A stretch of 64,000 bases of DNA from an uncultured Verrucomicrobiae bacterium (GTDB lineage: Bacteria; Verrucomicrobiota; Verrucomicrobiia; Limisphaerales; JAFGQR01): assembly GCA_963788655.1 (NCBI GenBank), contig CAWBHS010000003.1, positions 15,950 to 79,949 on the forward strand, given 5' to 3'. The first letter of the stretch is position 1, and each line of letters begins with the position of its first letter. Made by a program: the position numbers and the translations under genes. Shown one piece after another: positions 22,177 to 35,719 of this stretch. A model generated the notes under the pieces. It ran no database searches, had not been told where the DNA came from, and saw only the letters and a program-made list of their open reading frames with translations.

Positions 22177-23184
22177 ATGAACACGATATTACGCAGGAGC
22201 TTCATTGGAACCACGGCCGGAGCCATGAGCATTGGTTCGCTCGCCTCGCTCAGCGCGGCGGAACTGACCTCAACTGCCACTGCGGCTGAGACTTCGCCGG
22301 AGCCGAAGAAACCCAAGGACATCCGGGTCGGTATGTTGACGGCGCCGCTCCGCAACCTGCAATTGGAAGCAGTCCTCGATATGGCCAAGCACTGCCATGT
22401 TGCCGCGCTGGAGATCGTGACCGAGCCGGGGCACCCACACCTTGACCCAATGACGCTGGGCCCGAAACAAGTCGAATCCATCAAGCAGATGCTCGGCGAA
22501 CATGGCCTGGAAATCAGCAGCTTGTCCAGCTTCGCGAACATCACCGCTCCCGGAAAGTCCGGAGCAGTGCAACAGGTGATAATTAAGACCGTTGATGCAG
22601 CGGCCCGATTGGGGGTGCCGACAGTTTGCATGAACCTCGGGACTCCGGTTCAGGGGATGAGCAAGGTTGACACGATCAAGAATGTGATTCCCGGGCTCTT
22701 TCGCCCCATCATCGACCATGCCAAGGACCAAGGGATCAAGGTCGCCATCGAGAACTGGTTTGAAACCTGCCTTCAGGGGCTGGACACGTTTGACTGCCTG
22801 ATGGAAACGATCCCCGACGCGAATTTCGGCCTGAATTACGATCCCTCTCACTTGGTCTTTCAGCAGTGCGACTACACGGTGCCCATCACGAAGTTCGGCA
22901 AACGGATATTCCACACTCACGCAAAGGACTGTCTGGTGGACGAGCACCAGCGGGCCTACTATGGCGTGCTGGGAGGCAAGTGGTATGTGGGGGCTGAGGG
23001 AGGTGGTTGGTGGCGATATGTCATTCCCGGTTTTGGCGACATTAACTGGGGTACGTACATCGGCCACCTGCGTGAGGCCGGCTACAAGGGAGTGCTCAGC
23101 ATCGAGCACGAAGATAGCACGTTTAGCCCGGAAGAAGGCTTCCGGCAGGGAGCACACTATCTGAATCAATTCTGCAACGCATAG
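22177..23184 (+). CDS. Sugar phosphate isomerase/epimerase (xylose isomerase-like TIM barrel) with probable Tat signal
   Basis: LRRSFIG twin-arginine leader; AIEN, NYDPSH, HTHAKD, IPGFGDINW, SIEHED. Confidence 0.85.
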   Translation: MNTILRRSFIGTTAGAMSIGSLASLSAAELTSTATAAETSPEPKKPKDIRVGMLTAPLRNLQLEAVLDMAKHCHVAALEIVTEPGHPHLDPMTLGPKQVESIKQMLGEHGLEISSLSSFANITAPGKSGAVQQVIIKTVDAAARLGVPTVCMNLGTPVQGMSKVDTIKNVIPGLFRPIIDHAKDQGIKVAIENWFETCLQGLDTFDCLMETIPDANFGLNYDPSHLVFQQCDYTVPITKFGKRIFHTHAKDCLVDEHQRAYYGVLGGKWYVGAEGGGWWRYVIPGFGDINWGTYIGHLREAGYKGVLSIEHEDSTFSPEEGFRQGAHYLNQFCNA

Positions 23185-23309
23185 ATTGGGCGCGGTGTTG
23201 GGCCAAGGTGAATGGGGCGCATCGCCATACTTCCTCGTCCGGGAATAAGCCGGAACTGCTAAGCCGTATCAATTCAGTGGCTGGTGCTGCGATGAGGCTG
23301 CTCGGCGTG

Positions 23310-23442
23310 GTAGGACAGGCGTCACGTCTGACTCGAATAGCCCAAGGCATCCTCACCGTTTGGTGACATAGAAATACTCGCGGCGCCGTGATACAAGTTT
23401 TTGGTTTGCACTCGTTCGGGACAGGCGGGACGCCGGTCCTAC
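23310..23442. repeat. GTAG-type REP doublet (REPIN)
   Basis: gtaggacaggcgtcac... and ...gacaggcgggacgccggtcctac in inverted orientation; related copy at 30821-30938. Confidence 0.75.
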
Positions 23443-23567
23443 TGAATATAGTCACGGTTAAGAGGGGGAGTGTCCTTTACCGCAACACGAAGCCAAGGAT
23501 GCAAAATCCGCGCAAACGATAGGGCAGCGCAGCAACGCTGCCCAACGACGAAAGAAGCAGTTTCAAG

Positions 23568-24326
23568 TCAGCTCAAGTCCCGGAGCAATTGTTTCAAATC
23601 GAAGTAGCGGCCGGGACAGCGCGTTCCAATCGGATTGATTTGTTGATGCGTCTTGATGGCGCTGAGTCTCAAATTGCAGCGTTGACGCAGGGCCTGGATC
23701 AGGGCTTCCAAACTGGCCAGTTGCTTGCGCGTCGGACGCGTTTTGTCGAAATGGCCGACCAGACAAATGCCAATGCTGACGCGGTTGAGCGAAACGCTCG
23801 CCAAATGACCGCCGTCCAACTGTTTGGTCCAGCGGGCGCCCACGGCGACCTCCCCGTCGCCCATGCCATCGCCATTGCCAATCACGAAATGGTAGGCGAG
23901 GCCGTTCTTCATGTGCCGGGTGTTGCGATGGTACTCGTCCATGCCTGAAACCGTGCCACACGAAGTCGCGCTGTGATGGACGACGATGTATTTCCAGCGC
24001 CCGCGGCGCACCCGCGCTTTCTTGATGGCGGCGCGGACGGGGGCGCTCAACGTAGGCGGACGGCCAGAGGATTTTTTCGCGGGAATGACCAGGCGTTGGC
24101 CGGGATAAATCGGCTCTTTCAGCGAAAGATCATTGCGCCGCGCCAATTCTCCGACACTGACGCCGTGTTCCCGAGCGATCAGCGACAGGTTGTCGTGCTT
24201 CTTGATCACATAGGTGCCAGCCGCGGCCATTCCGGTGACCGCCCAAACCAAACCCACGGCCAAAACCGTCGCCGCCCACCACCGTGGACTCCGTCTGTTA
24301 GTCGAACTCAATAGTTTCACTACCAC
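23568..24326 (-). CDS. LysM-domain N-acetylmuramoyl-L-alanine amidase (amidase_2 type)
   Basis: Signal peptide; LysM YVIKKHDNLSLIAREHG...IYPGQRLVIP; YIVVHHSAT, AYHFVIGNG, SIGICLVG, TRCPG. Confidence 0.88.
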   Translation of the reverse strand: MVVKLLSSTNRRSPRWWAATVLAVGLVWAVTGMAAAGTYVIKKHDNLSLIAREHGVSVGELARRNDLSLKEPIYPGQRLVIPAKKSSGRPPTLSAPVRAAIKKARVRRGRWKYIVVHHSATSCGTVSGMDEYHRNTRHMKNGLAYHFVIGNGDGMGDGEVAVGARWTKQLDGGHLASVSLNRVSIGICLVGHFDKTRPTRKQLASLEALIQALRQRCNLRLSAIKTHQQINPIGTRCPGRYFDLKQLLRDLS

Positions 24327-24516
24327 CCACCCGTTAGAATACTTACCCCTTCACTGTCGAGAACTTTTGGGCGAATTCAAACCCCTCCTCACAAACTCAC
24401 GCGTGGCGGCGCCTGGGAAACGGCGCCAATTTGAATAACAAAAGTTTGCGGCGCTCTGTTGAAGCGCCGCTACAGTTTAAGGGATAATGCCCGAGACCTT
24501 TTCGGGCAAGTTTTGC

Positions 24517-25293
24517 TCAACTCGCCCAACTGCCCAGCACTTCGCGGAGGTGCCGCATTTCGTCTTCAACCTCCTCGGGTCGTGCAACGGTCCGGGCAAT
24601 CTCAGCGCGGATTTGCTCACCATAGCGCTGACGCAACCGGTGTACCGCCACGGCGACGGCGCCCGTTTTCATGCCGAGTTCGGTGGCGGCGGCCGCGTAA
24701 TCGCCGGAATCGGCTTGTTCGGACAGATAACCGGCCAGCCGGTCAAAGAGCGGTCCTTTGCCTTCGGCGACGTATTCCTCGCGCAATTGCGCCCGGCCTT
24801 GCTCAATCACCGTCGCCGCCCAGCGGGCCTCGTACACTTTCTCCGGGGTCAGATCGGACACCGGTTCCTGGAGGTACCGTTCCTCTTTCGATTCATCGTC
24901 GTCGAGGGAGAGCAGCGGACGGCCACCGCCGCGTTTGGCCGCGTTATTCCAGTCGCGTTCGTTGGCCAGAAAATGATTCAGCGCCGCCAGGAGGAAGGAA
25001 CGGAATTTGCCTTTGCGACGGTCCACCGCGCCCAGATAATTCTTTTCCAGGATTTGCAGGAAATAAGCCTGCACCAAATCCTCGGCATCCTGGGCGGAAT
25101 AGCCGGAACGGCGCACGTAGGCGTACAGCGGGTACCAGTAAGTCTGACAGAGCCGTTCCAGCGCGGCGCTGGCTTCCGGGGAACCACCTTGGCGCGCCTT
25201 CATCAGGTCGGTCCAGCGCGTGGTGCCGAACCAATGCGCCGGCACCGACGATCCTTCACGGTGTTTTCGAGGTTCAAGCATAACGTTGTTCAA
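24517..25293 (-). CDS. ECF-type sigma-70 factor (PVC-type, FxTTRW N-terminal motif)
   Basis: FGTTRWT, LCQTYWYPLYAYVRR, DAEDLVQAYF, GKFRSFLL, C-terminal HTH AVAVAVHRLRQRY. Confidence 0.88.
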   Translation of the reverse strand: MNNVMLEPRKHREGSSVPAHWFGTTRWTDLMKARQGGSPEASAALERLCQTYWYPLYAYVRRSGYSAQDAEDLVQAYFLQILEKNYLGAVDRRKGKFRSFLLAALNHFLANERDWNNAAKRGGGRPLLSLDDDESKEERYLQEPVSDLTPEKVYEARWAATVIEQGRAQLREEYVAEGKGPLFDRLAGYLSEQADSGDYAAAATELGMKTGAVAVAVHRLRQRYGEQIRAEIARTVARPEEVEDEMRHLREVLGSWAS

Positions 25294-25343
25294 TTACCGT
25301 TATTAACGCACCGATTGGTCAATTCTGCCAGTCTTGATTCCTT

Positions 25344-27413
25344 TCACCGTGCCGCCAACAGCGCCTGCAACCGCTGCATCTCGGTGTGAATTTCCGCGGC
25401 GGAGCGGTAGCGGCGTTGCGGATCGGTCTGACAGGTCTTACCGATGATGCGGTTGAACTCCATGAGCAGGGCGTAATCGGCGTGTTGATCCAGACCGGTC
25501 GGCAGTTCCGGAAACAAATCCGGCTCCCAACCGAAGACGGCTTCGTACATGACTTTGCCGAGACTGTACAGATCGGCTGCCGGCGTGCCCGGTCCTTCCG
25601 GCGCAATGTAGCCTTCGGTGCCCAGAAAGGTCACCGACTGGCCCGTCACCGCCATATCGGTCACCAGGCCAATGTCCGCCAACTTGGCAACTCCACTGGC
25701 AAAAATGATATTGGAAGGTTTGATGTCGCGATGGATCAACCGTTGTTGGTGCAGATACTCCAAGGCCGAGGTCAAGGCCAGCAGCGCGGACACACATTCC
25801 GCGGGCGAAAGGGTCCGCCGCTTCCTGAGCACGGTCGCCAGCGTTCGCGGCGAATAGCAGTCGGGGCGAATCTGCGTCCCGTGTTCTTCGTCATCCGCGG
25901 GTTCCATGATGCAATAGAAGCAGCCGGCGGCCTCGTTGCGGCCGACGTGCAACAAGTGCAACAGGCCGGGATGCTGCAAGGTGATCGGCATGAACTTGCG
26001 GATACCATTGAACTCTCGTTCGTAGGGAGTGTCGCGGGCGAACTCGTCGCGCCGGACGATTTTAACCGCGCGATACAGTCCCACCGCGTTTTGGGCCAGC
26101 CACACTTCGCCGTAAGCGCCACGGCCAACCCGGCGCAGCAAAGCATGGTCGGGAATCGGGATCGCCGAGGAATCCGGCGCGGGGCGGGGAGTCACCGAGG
26201 GCGTATCGAGGGCAGTCCCCGGACTCGCGGCGTTGCGGCCGGCGCGGGCCGCGGTGAGGCTGGATTCGATGACTTTTTCCAAAACTTCTTTTTGCCGGTA
26301 CAAGCGTTTGGTTTGGGCCAGCACGGACCAGCCCAAAGCCAACGGGATTTCTGCGCCGACCACGTACAGCCACGGCCACCAGACCCGCGTTTGCCAGAGC
26401 AACAGAATGCTCACAATGCTTATACTCACCATCCCCAAAACAGCCAGGCCCACAGCGGGCAAAGGCCGAACGATGGCCAGCAAAAAACCGAACAGCGCCC
26501 CGCACCCGATGGCAAGCAGTCCAACCCATTCGTAGGACAATTGTGTCAGCCATTCATGATGGATCAGGTTCAGAAACGCGGTGGCCATGATTTCCACGCC
26601 GGGAAACAAGTTGCCTCTCCAGCGGGAATAGGGCGTTGAATACATGTCAATCGGCAAAGCCAGATCAGGCGTGGCCAACCGCCCGCCGACGAACACATAT
26701 TTATCCCGGAAGAACGCGTGCGGTTGATTGGTGTAAGCCGCGTAGCTTAAATTGGGAATCGTGTTTGCCGGGCCATAGTAATTGAGCCAATGACTGTCCA
26801 AATCTTGCGGCCTGACGTTGGGAGGTACCAGGCCGGCAATCCGGGCGGCCACCAGCGGCAACCCGGGCGTCTGCTCGTTGCCGGGGTAATACTGGCGAAT
26901 GATACTTTGTTGGTCGCCTTGGACCAATGCCGGGCCCCACGCCCGAGCCGCATTCAGGAAATTCTTAGGCGGTAAGGTCGATTCGACGAGAATTCCAGGC
27001 GAGTGATTCTTCTGTCTCATGGCACCCAGAACCGCTTTGCCATATTCGCGCATCGCTTGAGCAAATTCCTGATCGCCGGGCTGGGGCTGATTATCAAAAT
27101 AGATATCGAAGACGACCAGCTTGGCCCCGTCGGCCTTCATGCGCTTCAACAATTGGGCGTGCCAAGCGCGATCCCAATTGCTGGGTTTTCTACCGAAACG
27201 GGCAATTGCCGTTTCATCCATGTAAACAATAAAAACATCTGCCAAGGTTGTTTGTGGCTGAAAAATAAAGCCCAAATCATAGCTCCAATTCGCCAAGCCC
27301 GCGCCCAGCCGCGGGTAAAACCACAGCAAAAAGGCCAATCCCGCGCTCAGCAACGCACCCGTCACGCCGCTGCGCCAATTCTCGCTTATGGTGGTTTTGA
27401 GCTTCACTGCCAA
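25344..27413 (-). CDS. CHASE2-domain transmembrane Ser/Thr protein kinase
   Basis: CHASE2 (WDRAWHAQLL..VVFDIYF..FPGVEIMAT); three TM helices; kinase motifs VGRGAYGEVW, AVK, HRDIKPSN, DIG, GTEGYIAPE. Confidence 0.88.
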   Translation of the reverse strand: MAVKLKTTISENWRSGVTGALLSAGLAFLLWFYPRLGAGLANWSYDLGFIFQPQTTLADVFIVYMDETAIARFGRKPSNWDRAWHAQLLKRMKADGAKLVVFDIYFDNQPQPGDQEFAQAMREYGKAVLGAMRQKNHSPGILVESTLPPKNFLNAARAWGPALVQGDQQSIIRQYYPGNEQTPGLPLVAARIAGLVPPNVRPQDLDSHWLNYYGPANTIPNLSYAAYTNQPHAFFRDKYVFVGGRLATPDLALPIDMYSTPYSRWRGNLFPGVEIMATAFLNLIHHEWLTQLSYEWVGLLAIGCGALFGFLLAIVRPLPAVGLAVLGMVSISIVSILLLWQTRVWWPWLYVVGAEIPLALGWSVLAQTKRLYRQKEVLEKVIESSLTAARAGRNAASPGTALDTPSVTPRPAPDSSAIPIPDHALLRRVGRGAYGEVWLAQNAVGLYRAVKIVRRDEFARDTPYEREFNGIRKFMPITLQHPGLLHLLHVGRNEAAGCFYCIMEPADDEEHGTQIRPDCYSPRTLATVLRKRRTLSPAECVSALLALTSALEYLHQQRLIHRDIKPSNIIFASGVAKLADIGLVTDMAVTGQSVTFLGTEGYIAPEGPGTPAADLYSLGKVMYEAVFGWEPDLFPELPTGLDQHADYALLMEFNRIIGKTCQTDPQRRYRSAAEIHTEMQRLQALLAAR

Positions 27414-27620
27414 CTGACGGGAAAGGTAGAAGAATCATCCGCCGGGAGAAAGCCTGAAAGTGCTGGTCGGTCCAACGGCCGCGCCGCCCTGAATTGTTGG
27501 CGCGGGCGCGCGCCGAGGGTAATCGGAATCTGCATCAATCCATTGGGCGTACCAAAAAGTTCCGCTGGCATTGCGCGTTCCGCTTTGCCTATGCTCCCCG
27601 CCCTGATTAGTATTGTCACG

Positions 27621-30394
<2,774 letters not shown>

Positions 30395-30410
30395 ATTGGC
30401 CATCGCGACC

Positions 30411-30824
30411 ATGGCCGCAATCACCTACCAACTCGGCAACGAACTGGACCTGGACGCGGTCATTGACCTGTATCGCGACTCAACCCTCGGCGAGCGTCGC
30501 CCCATTGACGACCGCGACCGGATGGCGCGCATGCTTCGCCAGGCGAACCTCGTGGTAACCGCATGGGATGGACCGCTGCTGGTGGGCATTGCGCGCAGCG
30601 TGAGTGATTTCACGTATTGCACGTATCTGTCCGACCTTGCCGTGCGTCTCGCGCACCAACACCAAGGCATTGGCCGCGAACTCGTGCGTCAAACCCAACA
30701 AGCCGGCGGCCAAGCCCGCATCATCCTCCTCGCCGCCCCGAAAGCGGAAGCTTACTACCCGCGCCTTGGTTTTACGCATCATCCACAGGCGTGGGTGCTG
30801 GACCCTGACGACATACTTCAGTAG
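30411..30824 (+). CDS. GNAT family N-acetyltransferase
   Basis: YLSDLAV..HQHQGIGRELV, AYYPRLGF; its TAG stop is part of the adjacent REP (GTAG). Confidence 0.88.
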   Translation: MAAITYQLGNELDLDAVIDLYRDSTLGERRPIDDRDRMARMLRQANLVVTAWDGPLLVGIARSVSDFTYCTYLSDLAVRLAHQHQGIGRELVRQTQQAGGQARIILLAAPKAEAYYPRLGFTHHPQAWVLDPDDILQ

Positions 30825-30938
30825 GACAGTGCGTCCCGCCTGTCCCGAATGTCGAAATGGTGTCCGTCCACGCAGGGAACTACCCAAGATTAACAAGCGC
30901 CTTCTTTCCGTTCGGGACAGCCGAGACGGCTGTCCTAC
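30821..30938. repeat. GTAG-type REP doublet (REPIN)
   Basis: gtaggacagtgcgtcccgcctgtccc ... gggacagccgagacggctgtcctac. Confidence 0.8.
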
Positions 30939-30972
30939 GTGATAGCGCGACCGCACCAGATAGGACGCAGGT

Positions 30973-31100
30973 AATGTGACCAGTGCCCAATTCCCAATGA
31001 CCAGAGAAGGTCCAATTTCCAAGCTCCATGCTCCGGTCGAACCGCCGTCCGCTGGCTGGCTGGTCATTGGTAATATTGGTCATTGGTCCTTGGCCATTCC
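30973..31100. repeat. Degenerate heptamer repeats (AATGACC/TGGTCAT family) in inverted blocks
   Basis: cccaatgacc... and tggtcattggtaatattggtcattggtccttggccatt; similar blocks at 42460-42566 and 49380-49492. Confidence 0.65.
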
Positions 31101-31131
31101 TCCGCGCCCTCAACCGCGCCGTTCTTCTTAT

Positions 31132-32058
31132 TCACTGCGACCCCGCATCCACTGCCACCGCTGTTGGGAAAACCCGCGCAATCGGTTTGCGCCGCAGTCC
31201 CACGGCCAAGCCCATCAGAATCACGGCGCTGCCCCACAATTGCCCCCAGTGCAGCGGTTCCTTGAGCCACAGAGCCGAAATGGCCAGTCCGGCGACCGGT
31301 TGCACGAAAATGGTCAAGCCGGTGACGTTCACCTCCGTCTCACGAATCACCACGTACCAAAGACTGAAGCCGATCACCGTACACACCACCGCCAAATAAA
31401 GCAGCCACAGCCAGGCCGACAGCGGAAGTTCCCGCGCCGCCCGAATCGTGTGCGCGCCGCCGGGCAAAGAATCCAGGAACACATTCATCAGCGTGCCGGA
31501 GACTAAGGCGCTGCCAACCAGTTTGAGCGTACCCACGCGCGCCAGTAGCGGTTTCCCGATGACGGAATAAGTGGTTTCGCAAACGAACGACGAAATAAAC
31601 AGCAAGTTCGGCAGCAATCCCTTCAGTGGTTCGTTTCCGTGCCAGACGCCGGACAACAACGCCACGCCGGTCATTCCCAGGGCAAACCCCCACCAACGTC
31701 GGGCGGCGATATGCTCGCGCAGAAACAGCGCGCCCGCCAGCGCAGTGATCAACGGATCCAACGCCATCAACAGCGACGTATCTCCCGCCTGACCGCGATG
31801 GACGCCTTCGATTTGCAGGCGCGGCGCCACGCAAAACACCATGATGCCCATGATCCCCACGCGCAGCAGTTCCCGTCCCCGCGGTCCGCGTCCCGGCAGC
31901 CAGGGCCAAACGGCCACTAGGCACAGCGACGCCATGGTGTAGCGCAGCGTGGCAATGGACCCGGAACTCAAATGCTGGCCCAGCACCTTGAAAATGGAAT
32001 ACGTCCCCGCCCAAAGCAGGTTCATTCCGATCAACAAGATGAGGTACAACGGCTTCAT
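31132..32058 (-). CDS. DMT/EamA family transporter
   Basis: About ten hydrophobic helices, two EamA halves; LWAGTYSIFK, FVQPVAGL, LKEPL. Confidence 0.87.
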   Translation of the reverse strand: MKPLYLILLIGMNLLWAGTYSIFKVLGQHLSSGSIATLRYTMASLCLVAVWPWLPGRGPRGRELLRVGIMGIMVFCVAPRLQIEGVHRGQAGDTSLLMALDPLITALAGALFLREHIAARRWWGFALGMTGVALLSGVWHGNEPLKGLLPNLLFISSFVCETTYSVIGKPLLARVGTLKLVGSALVSGTLMNVFLDSLPGGAHTIRAARELPLSAWLWLLYLAVVCTVIGFSLWYVVIRETEVNVTGLTIFVQPVAGLAISALWLKEPLHWGQLWGSAVILMGLAVGLRRKPIARVFPTAVAVDAGSQ

Positions 32059-32291
32059 CGCGACAACCTCGAAGGATGTAGAGTAAAAACCAGGTTCCGC
32101 CAAGGAGAACATCTCCGTTGAATAGAACCGCCGCGAAACGCATCTCAAGGTATTGCCTTTACGCGGGCAAAAGGTTTGCCAGCATGCCGGAATTCAGCGA
32201 AACTGGCGCGGTACATGGCGGTAGAACACCGTGTGATGGATTGGATTTTTGGTTACTGTTTAGTTCCTGCCTTTGAGCAGACAAGACGCGC

Positions 32292-33530
32292 ATGAAAACA
32301 GCTTTGACATTGATCGTGATCGCCGGACTGGCGGTGGGCGGTTGGTTCTTTTGGAAGCAACAACAAGCCAACGGCCTCGCGGCACAGGACGACAGCCGCC
32401 CAACCACCGCGCTGGTGGAATCCACCAACATCAGTTTTGCCGTGACGCTGGCCGGCGAGATTGCTCCCGCCGAGCAGGTATCCGTCCGCCCGGAAATTAA
32501 CGGCAAGATCGCCATGCTCAACGTGGACGTGGGCGACAAGGTGAAGAAGGGAGACGTATTGTTCACCCTCGACGACCAGGAACTCCAGAATCAAAAACTG
32601 GCCAGCCAGGCGGACGTTGACCGGGCGAAATTGCAACTCGAACAGGCCGAGCGTGACTTCAAGCGCAACCAGCAACTCTTCGATGATAAGCTGGTTTCGC
32701 GCGAAGTATTCGACAACAGCAAAACCGTCGTCGCCCTCGCCAAAAACGCCCTCGAACGGGCGCACCGGGACATGTCCGTGGTCGAAGAGCGCCTGACCAA
32801 AACCGTCATTGCCGCGCCCTTTGACTGCACGGTACTGGTGCGGCCGGTTTCCGTCGGCCAGGCGGTGTCCGGCTCGGCCGGCGTGGGCGGCGGCACGGAA
32901 GTGCTGGTGATTGCCGACCTGAACCAGATGGTCATCAACGCCCACGTCAACCAGGCGGATGTCACCCGGTTGAAGCACAACCAATCGGTCGAGGTGAACG
33001 TCGAGGCGGTTTCCGGCTTGCACGTCAACGGGGTGATTGAACGGATCGCGCCCCAGGCCACCATCAAGAACAACATCAAAGGCTTTGCCACCCGCATTGC
33101 CATCAAGAACATCGATCCCCGCATTCAACCCGGCATGACCGCCAACATCACCATTCCGGTTGCTTCCGCGCAGAATGTGCTGGCGGTGCCCCTGGCGGCC
33201 GTGTTCACCGAACAGGGCGAGCGCTACGTTTATGTGAAAGAGGGCGAACAATATGCCCGCCGCCCGGTGCAAATCGGCGTCGCCGATTATTTTTATGCGG
33301 AAGTGGTCAACGGTCTGCACAGCGGTGACGTGGTCGCGTTGGAGCAGCCTCCCGAAAAGACCATCAAACCCAGCGAACTGCCCTTGCAACCGGCGGGAGC
33401 CACCAACCGCAGCAGCATGGCCACGGGCAGTCCAGCCGAACAAACCGCCGGCAACGCCGAGCACAAGCCCGCCACCACCAATCGCATCACCAGTGGCACC
33501 GCCACCAAAACCGCCCGCAGTGACACCTGA
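32292..33530 (+). CDS. Efflux periplasmic adaptor subunit (MacA-like membrane fusion protein)
   Basis: N-terminal TM; VDVGDKVKKGDVL lipoyl half, IAAPFDCTV, IQPGMTA. Confidence 0.9.
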   Translation: MKTALTLIVIAGLAVGGWFFWKQQQANGLAAQDDSRPTTALVESTNISFAVTLAGEIAPAEQVSVRPEINGKIAMLNVDVGDKVKKGDVLFTLDDQELQNQKLASQADVDRAKLQLEQAERDFKRNQQLFDDKLVSREVFDNSKTVVALAKNALERAHRDMSVVEERLTKTVIAAPFDCTVLVRPVSVGQAVSGSAGVGGGTEVLVIADLNQMVINAHVNQADVTRLKHNQSVEVNVEAVSGLHVNGVIERIAPQATIKNNIKGFATRIAIKNIDPRIQPGMTANITIPVASAQNVLAVPLAAVFTEQGERYVYVKEGEQYARRPVQIGVADYFYAEVVNGLHSGDVVALEQPPEKTIKPSELPLQPAGATNRSSMATGSPAEQTAGNAEHKPATTNRITSGTATKTARSDT

Positions 33531-33541
33531 CGGCCCGCTTT

Positions 33542-34285
33542 ATGGCTTTAGTCGAACTCCGGGACATTACTAAAATCTATCGCCTCGGCGGCGAGGAAAT
33601 CCGCGCCCTGGACGATGTGACCCTGGACATCGAAAGCGGAGAATTCATTTCCATCATCGGCCCCTCGGGCAGCGGCAAGTCCACGTTGATGCACATCCTC
33701 GGCTGCCTGGATTCGCCGACCAGCGGTTCACTGTTGCTCGATGGCACGATGATCCACAATGCCTCGCCCCGGCAATTGGCCGCCATCCGCAACCAGAAGA
33801 TCGGGTTCGTGTTCCAGTTCTTCAATCTGTTGCCCAAGCTCAATGTGCTGCAGAACGTCGAGCTGCCGATGGTTTACAGCGGCCAATCCGCCCGCAAACG
33901 CCGCGAACGGGCGCTGGAAGCGCTGAAGCTGGTCGGCATGGAAAACCGCTCCAAACATCGGCCCGTCGCAATTTCCGGCGGCCAGCAGCAACGCGCCGCC
34001 ATCGCCCGCGCGCTGGTCAACAATCCGCGAATCATTTTCGCCGATGAACCCACGGGCAACCTCGACTCGCACACCGGCGAAGTGATCCTCGAGCTGTTCC
34101 GCAAGCTCAATGCCGAAGGCCGCACCATCGTGCTGGTCACCCACGATCCGGAAATTGCCGCCGTCACCCCGCGGCGCATTGAGATTCGCGACGGCAAGAT
34201 TGCGCCGGAAGTCGATGTGACCCTGGCCGGCATGGACCGGGTCATCCCCGGGATTCGTCCGCAACCGGCGGCCACGCCGCCGTAA
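33542..34285 (+). CDS. ABC transporter ATP-binding protein (MacB/LolD-like)
   Basis: GPSGSGKST, ISGGQQQR, FADEPTGNLD, LVTHD. Confidence 0.93.
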   Translation: MALVELRDITKIYRLGGEEIRALDDVTLDIESGEFISIIGPSGSGKSTLMHILGCLDSPTSGSLLLDGTMIHNASPRQLAAIRNQKIGFVFQFFNLLPKLNVLQNVELPMVYSGQSARKRRERALEALKLVGMENRSKHRPVAISGGQQQRAAIARALVNNPRIIFADEPTGNLDSHTGEVILELFRKLNAEGRTIVLVTHDPEIAAVTPRRIEIRDGKIAPEVDVTLAGMDRVIPGIRPQPAATPP

Positions 34286-34326
34286 GGGTTGTGGCGGAGC
34301 ATTCCAGAACACGTCTCTTTCTTCGT

Positions 34327-35712
34327 ATGGACCTCGGGAACATTATCAGCATTGGCTTCAAGGAAATCTGGGCGCACAAGTTCCGCTCAGTGCTGACAAT
34401 GCTCGGCATCATTCTCGGCGTATCGAGTCTGGTCGCCATGTCCGCTCTGGTCAAAGGCATGGAAAACGGCATGAAGGAAGCCCTGGCCGCGATTGGCGGC
34501 TTGGAAAAAATCCGGGTGCAGCCCACGGACGAGCTGCCCGTGTACCAGCGCCATCTGGCCGACCAGGCGCCCGGCTTGACGCTGAAGGATGTGATCGCCC
34601 TCGAAAACAACGCGCCGCTGGTCCACAACATCACCCCGAACATCGAAATGTGGGGCTGGCACTCGCGCACCATGATTACCTACCGGGGCAAATCCACCCG
34701 GCCGTTCATCTTTGCCGGCACCTGGCCCAGTGCGCTCAAGATCGACGATCACGTCGTCGAATATGGCCGCATGTTCAACGAACTGGACGACGAGGAAGCG
34801 CGCAACGTCTGCGTCATCGGCACCGGCATCCGGGACGAACTCTTTGGCGACCCCGACATCATCGGCAAGGAAATCATTCCTCTCGGTGAAGTAATCAACA
34901 TCAACGGCCAGCCGTTCACCATCATCGGGATGTTCAAGCTCTACGAAAGCGAGCAGGCCCGGCGCGAACGCGAATTGGCCAAGAACGACGATCGCAGTTC
35001 AGACCAACCAGACGGTCCCAGCCGCAGCCGGGGCCGGCATCGTCACGGAAAGGCGGGCACTTCGTCTTCCGGCTGAAGAACAACACGGTCTATATCCCGT
35101 TGAATACCATGCTGCTGAAGTTCCGCTCTGCCAGCGGCACCAACGGCGTGCCGGATCCGCGCCTCTCCACGATCAACATGGACATTCCTGACATCGCCGA
35201 ACTGGGGCCGGCACTACAACAGGTGCGCAATGTCCTGATGATCACCCACAACGGCATCGAGGATTTCAGCTTCATGACTCAGGAGGATTGGGCGGACGAA
35301 ATTACGGCCCACATCCACAATGCCCGAGTCAACCGTGGGATCATTGCCGCCATCTGCCTGGTGGTCGGCGGCATCGGCATCATGAACATCATGCTCGCCA
35401 GCATTTCCGAACGCGTCCGCGAGATTGGCATTCGCAAGGCCGTGGGCGCCAGCACCGGCGACATGTTCGTGCAAATCCTGATTGAAAGCCTCGTGATTGC
35501 GCTTATCGGCGGCTTGACGGGCCTGGCGGTTTCCTACGGATTGGTGCAAACCATCGCGTCCATCACGCCCACGGACAACGTCCCGATCATCACCGTGGCG
35601 TCCATGATCGTGGCGTTCGCTTTCAGCGCCGGCACTGGCATCCTGGCGGGATCTGGTGCCCGCCTTCAAAGCCGCACGCCTGGATCCCATTCAGGCCCTG
35701 AAATACGAATGA
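34327..35712 (+). CDS. MacB-type ABC permease 1 (two frameshifts at ~35050 and ~35650, probably errors)
   Basis: RSVLTMLGIILGV, GGIGIMNIML..ERVREIGIRKAVGA; the C-terminus PAFKAARLDPIQALKYE* is in a shifted frame ending at 35712. Confidence 0.82.
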
Positions 35713-35719
35713 GCCGGCC

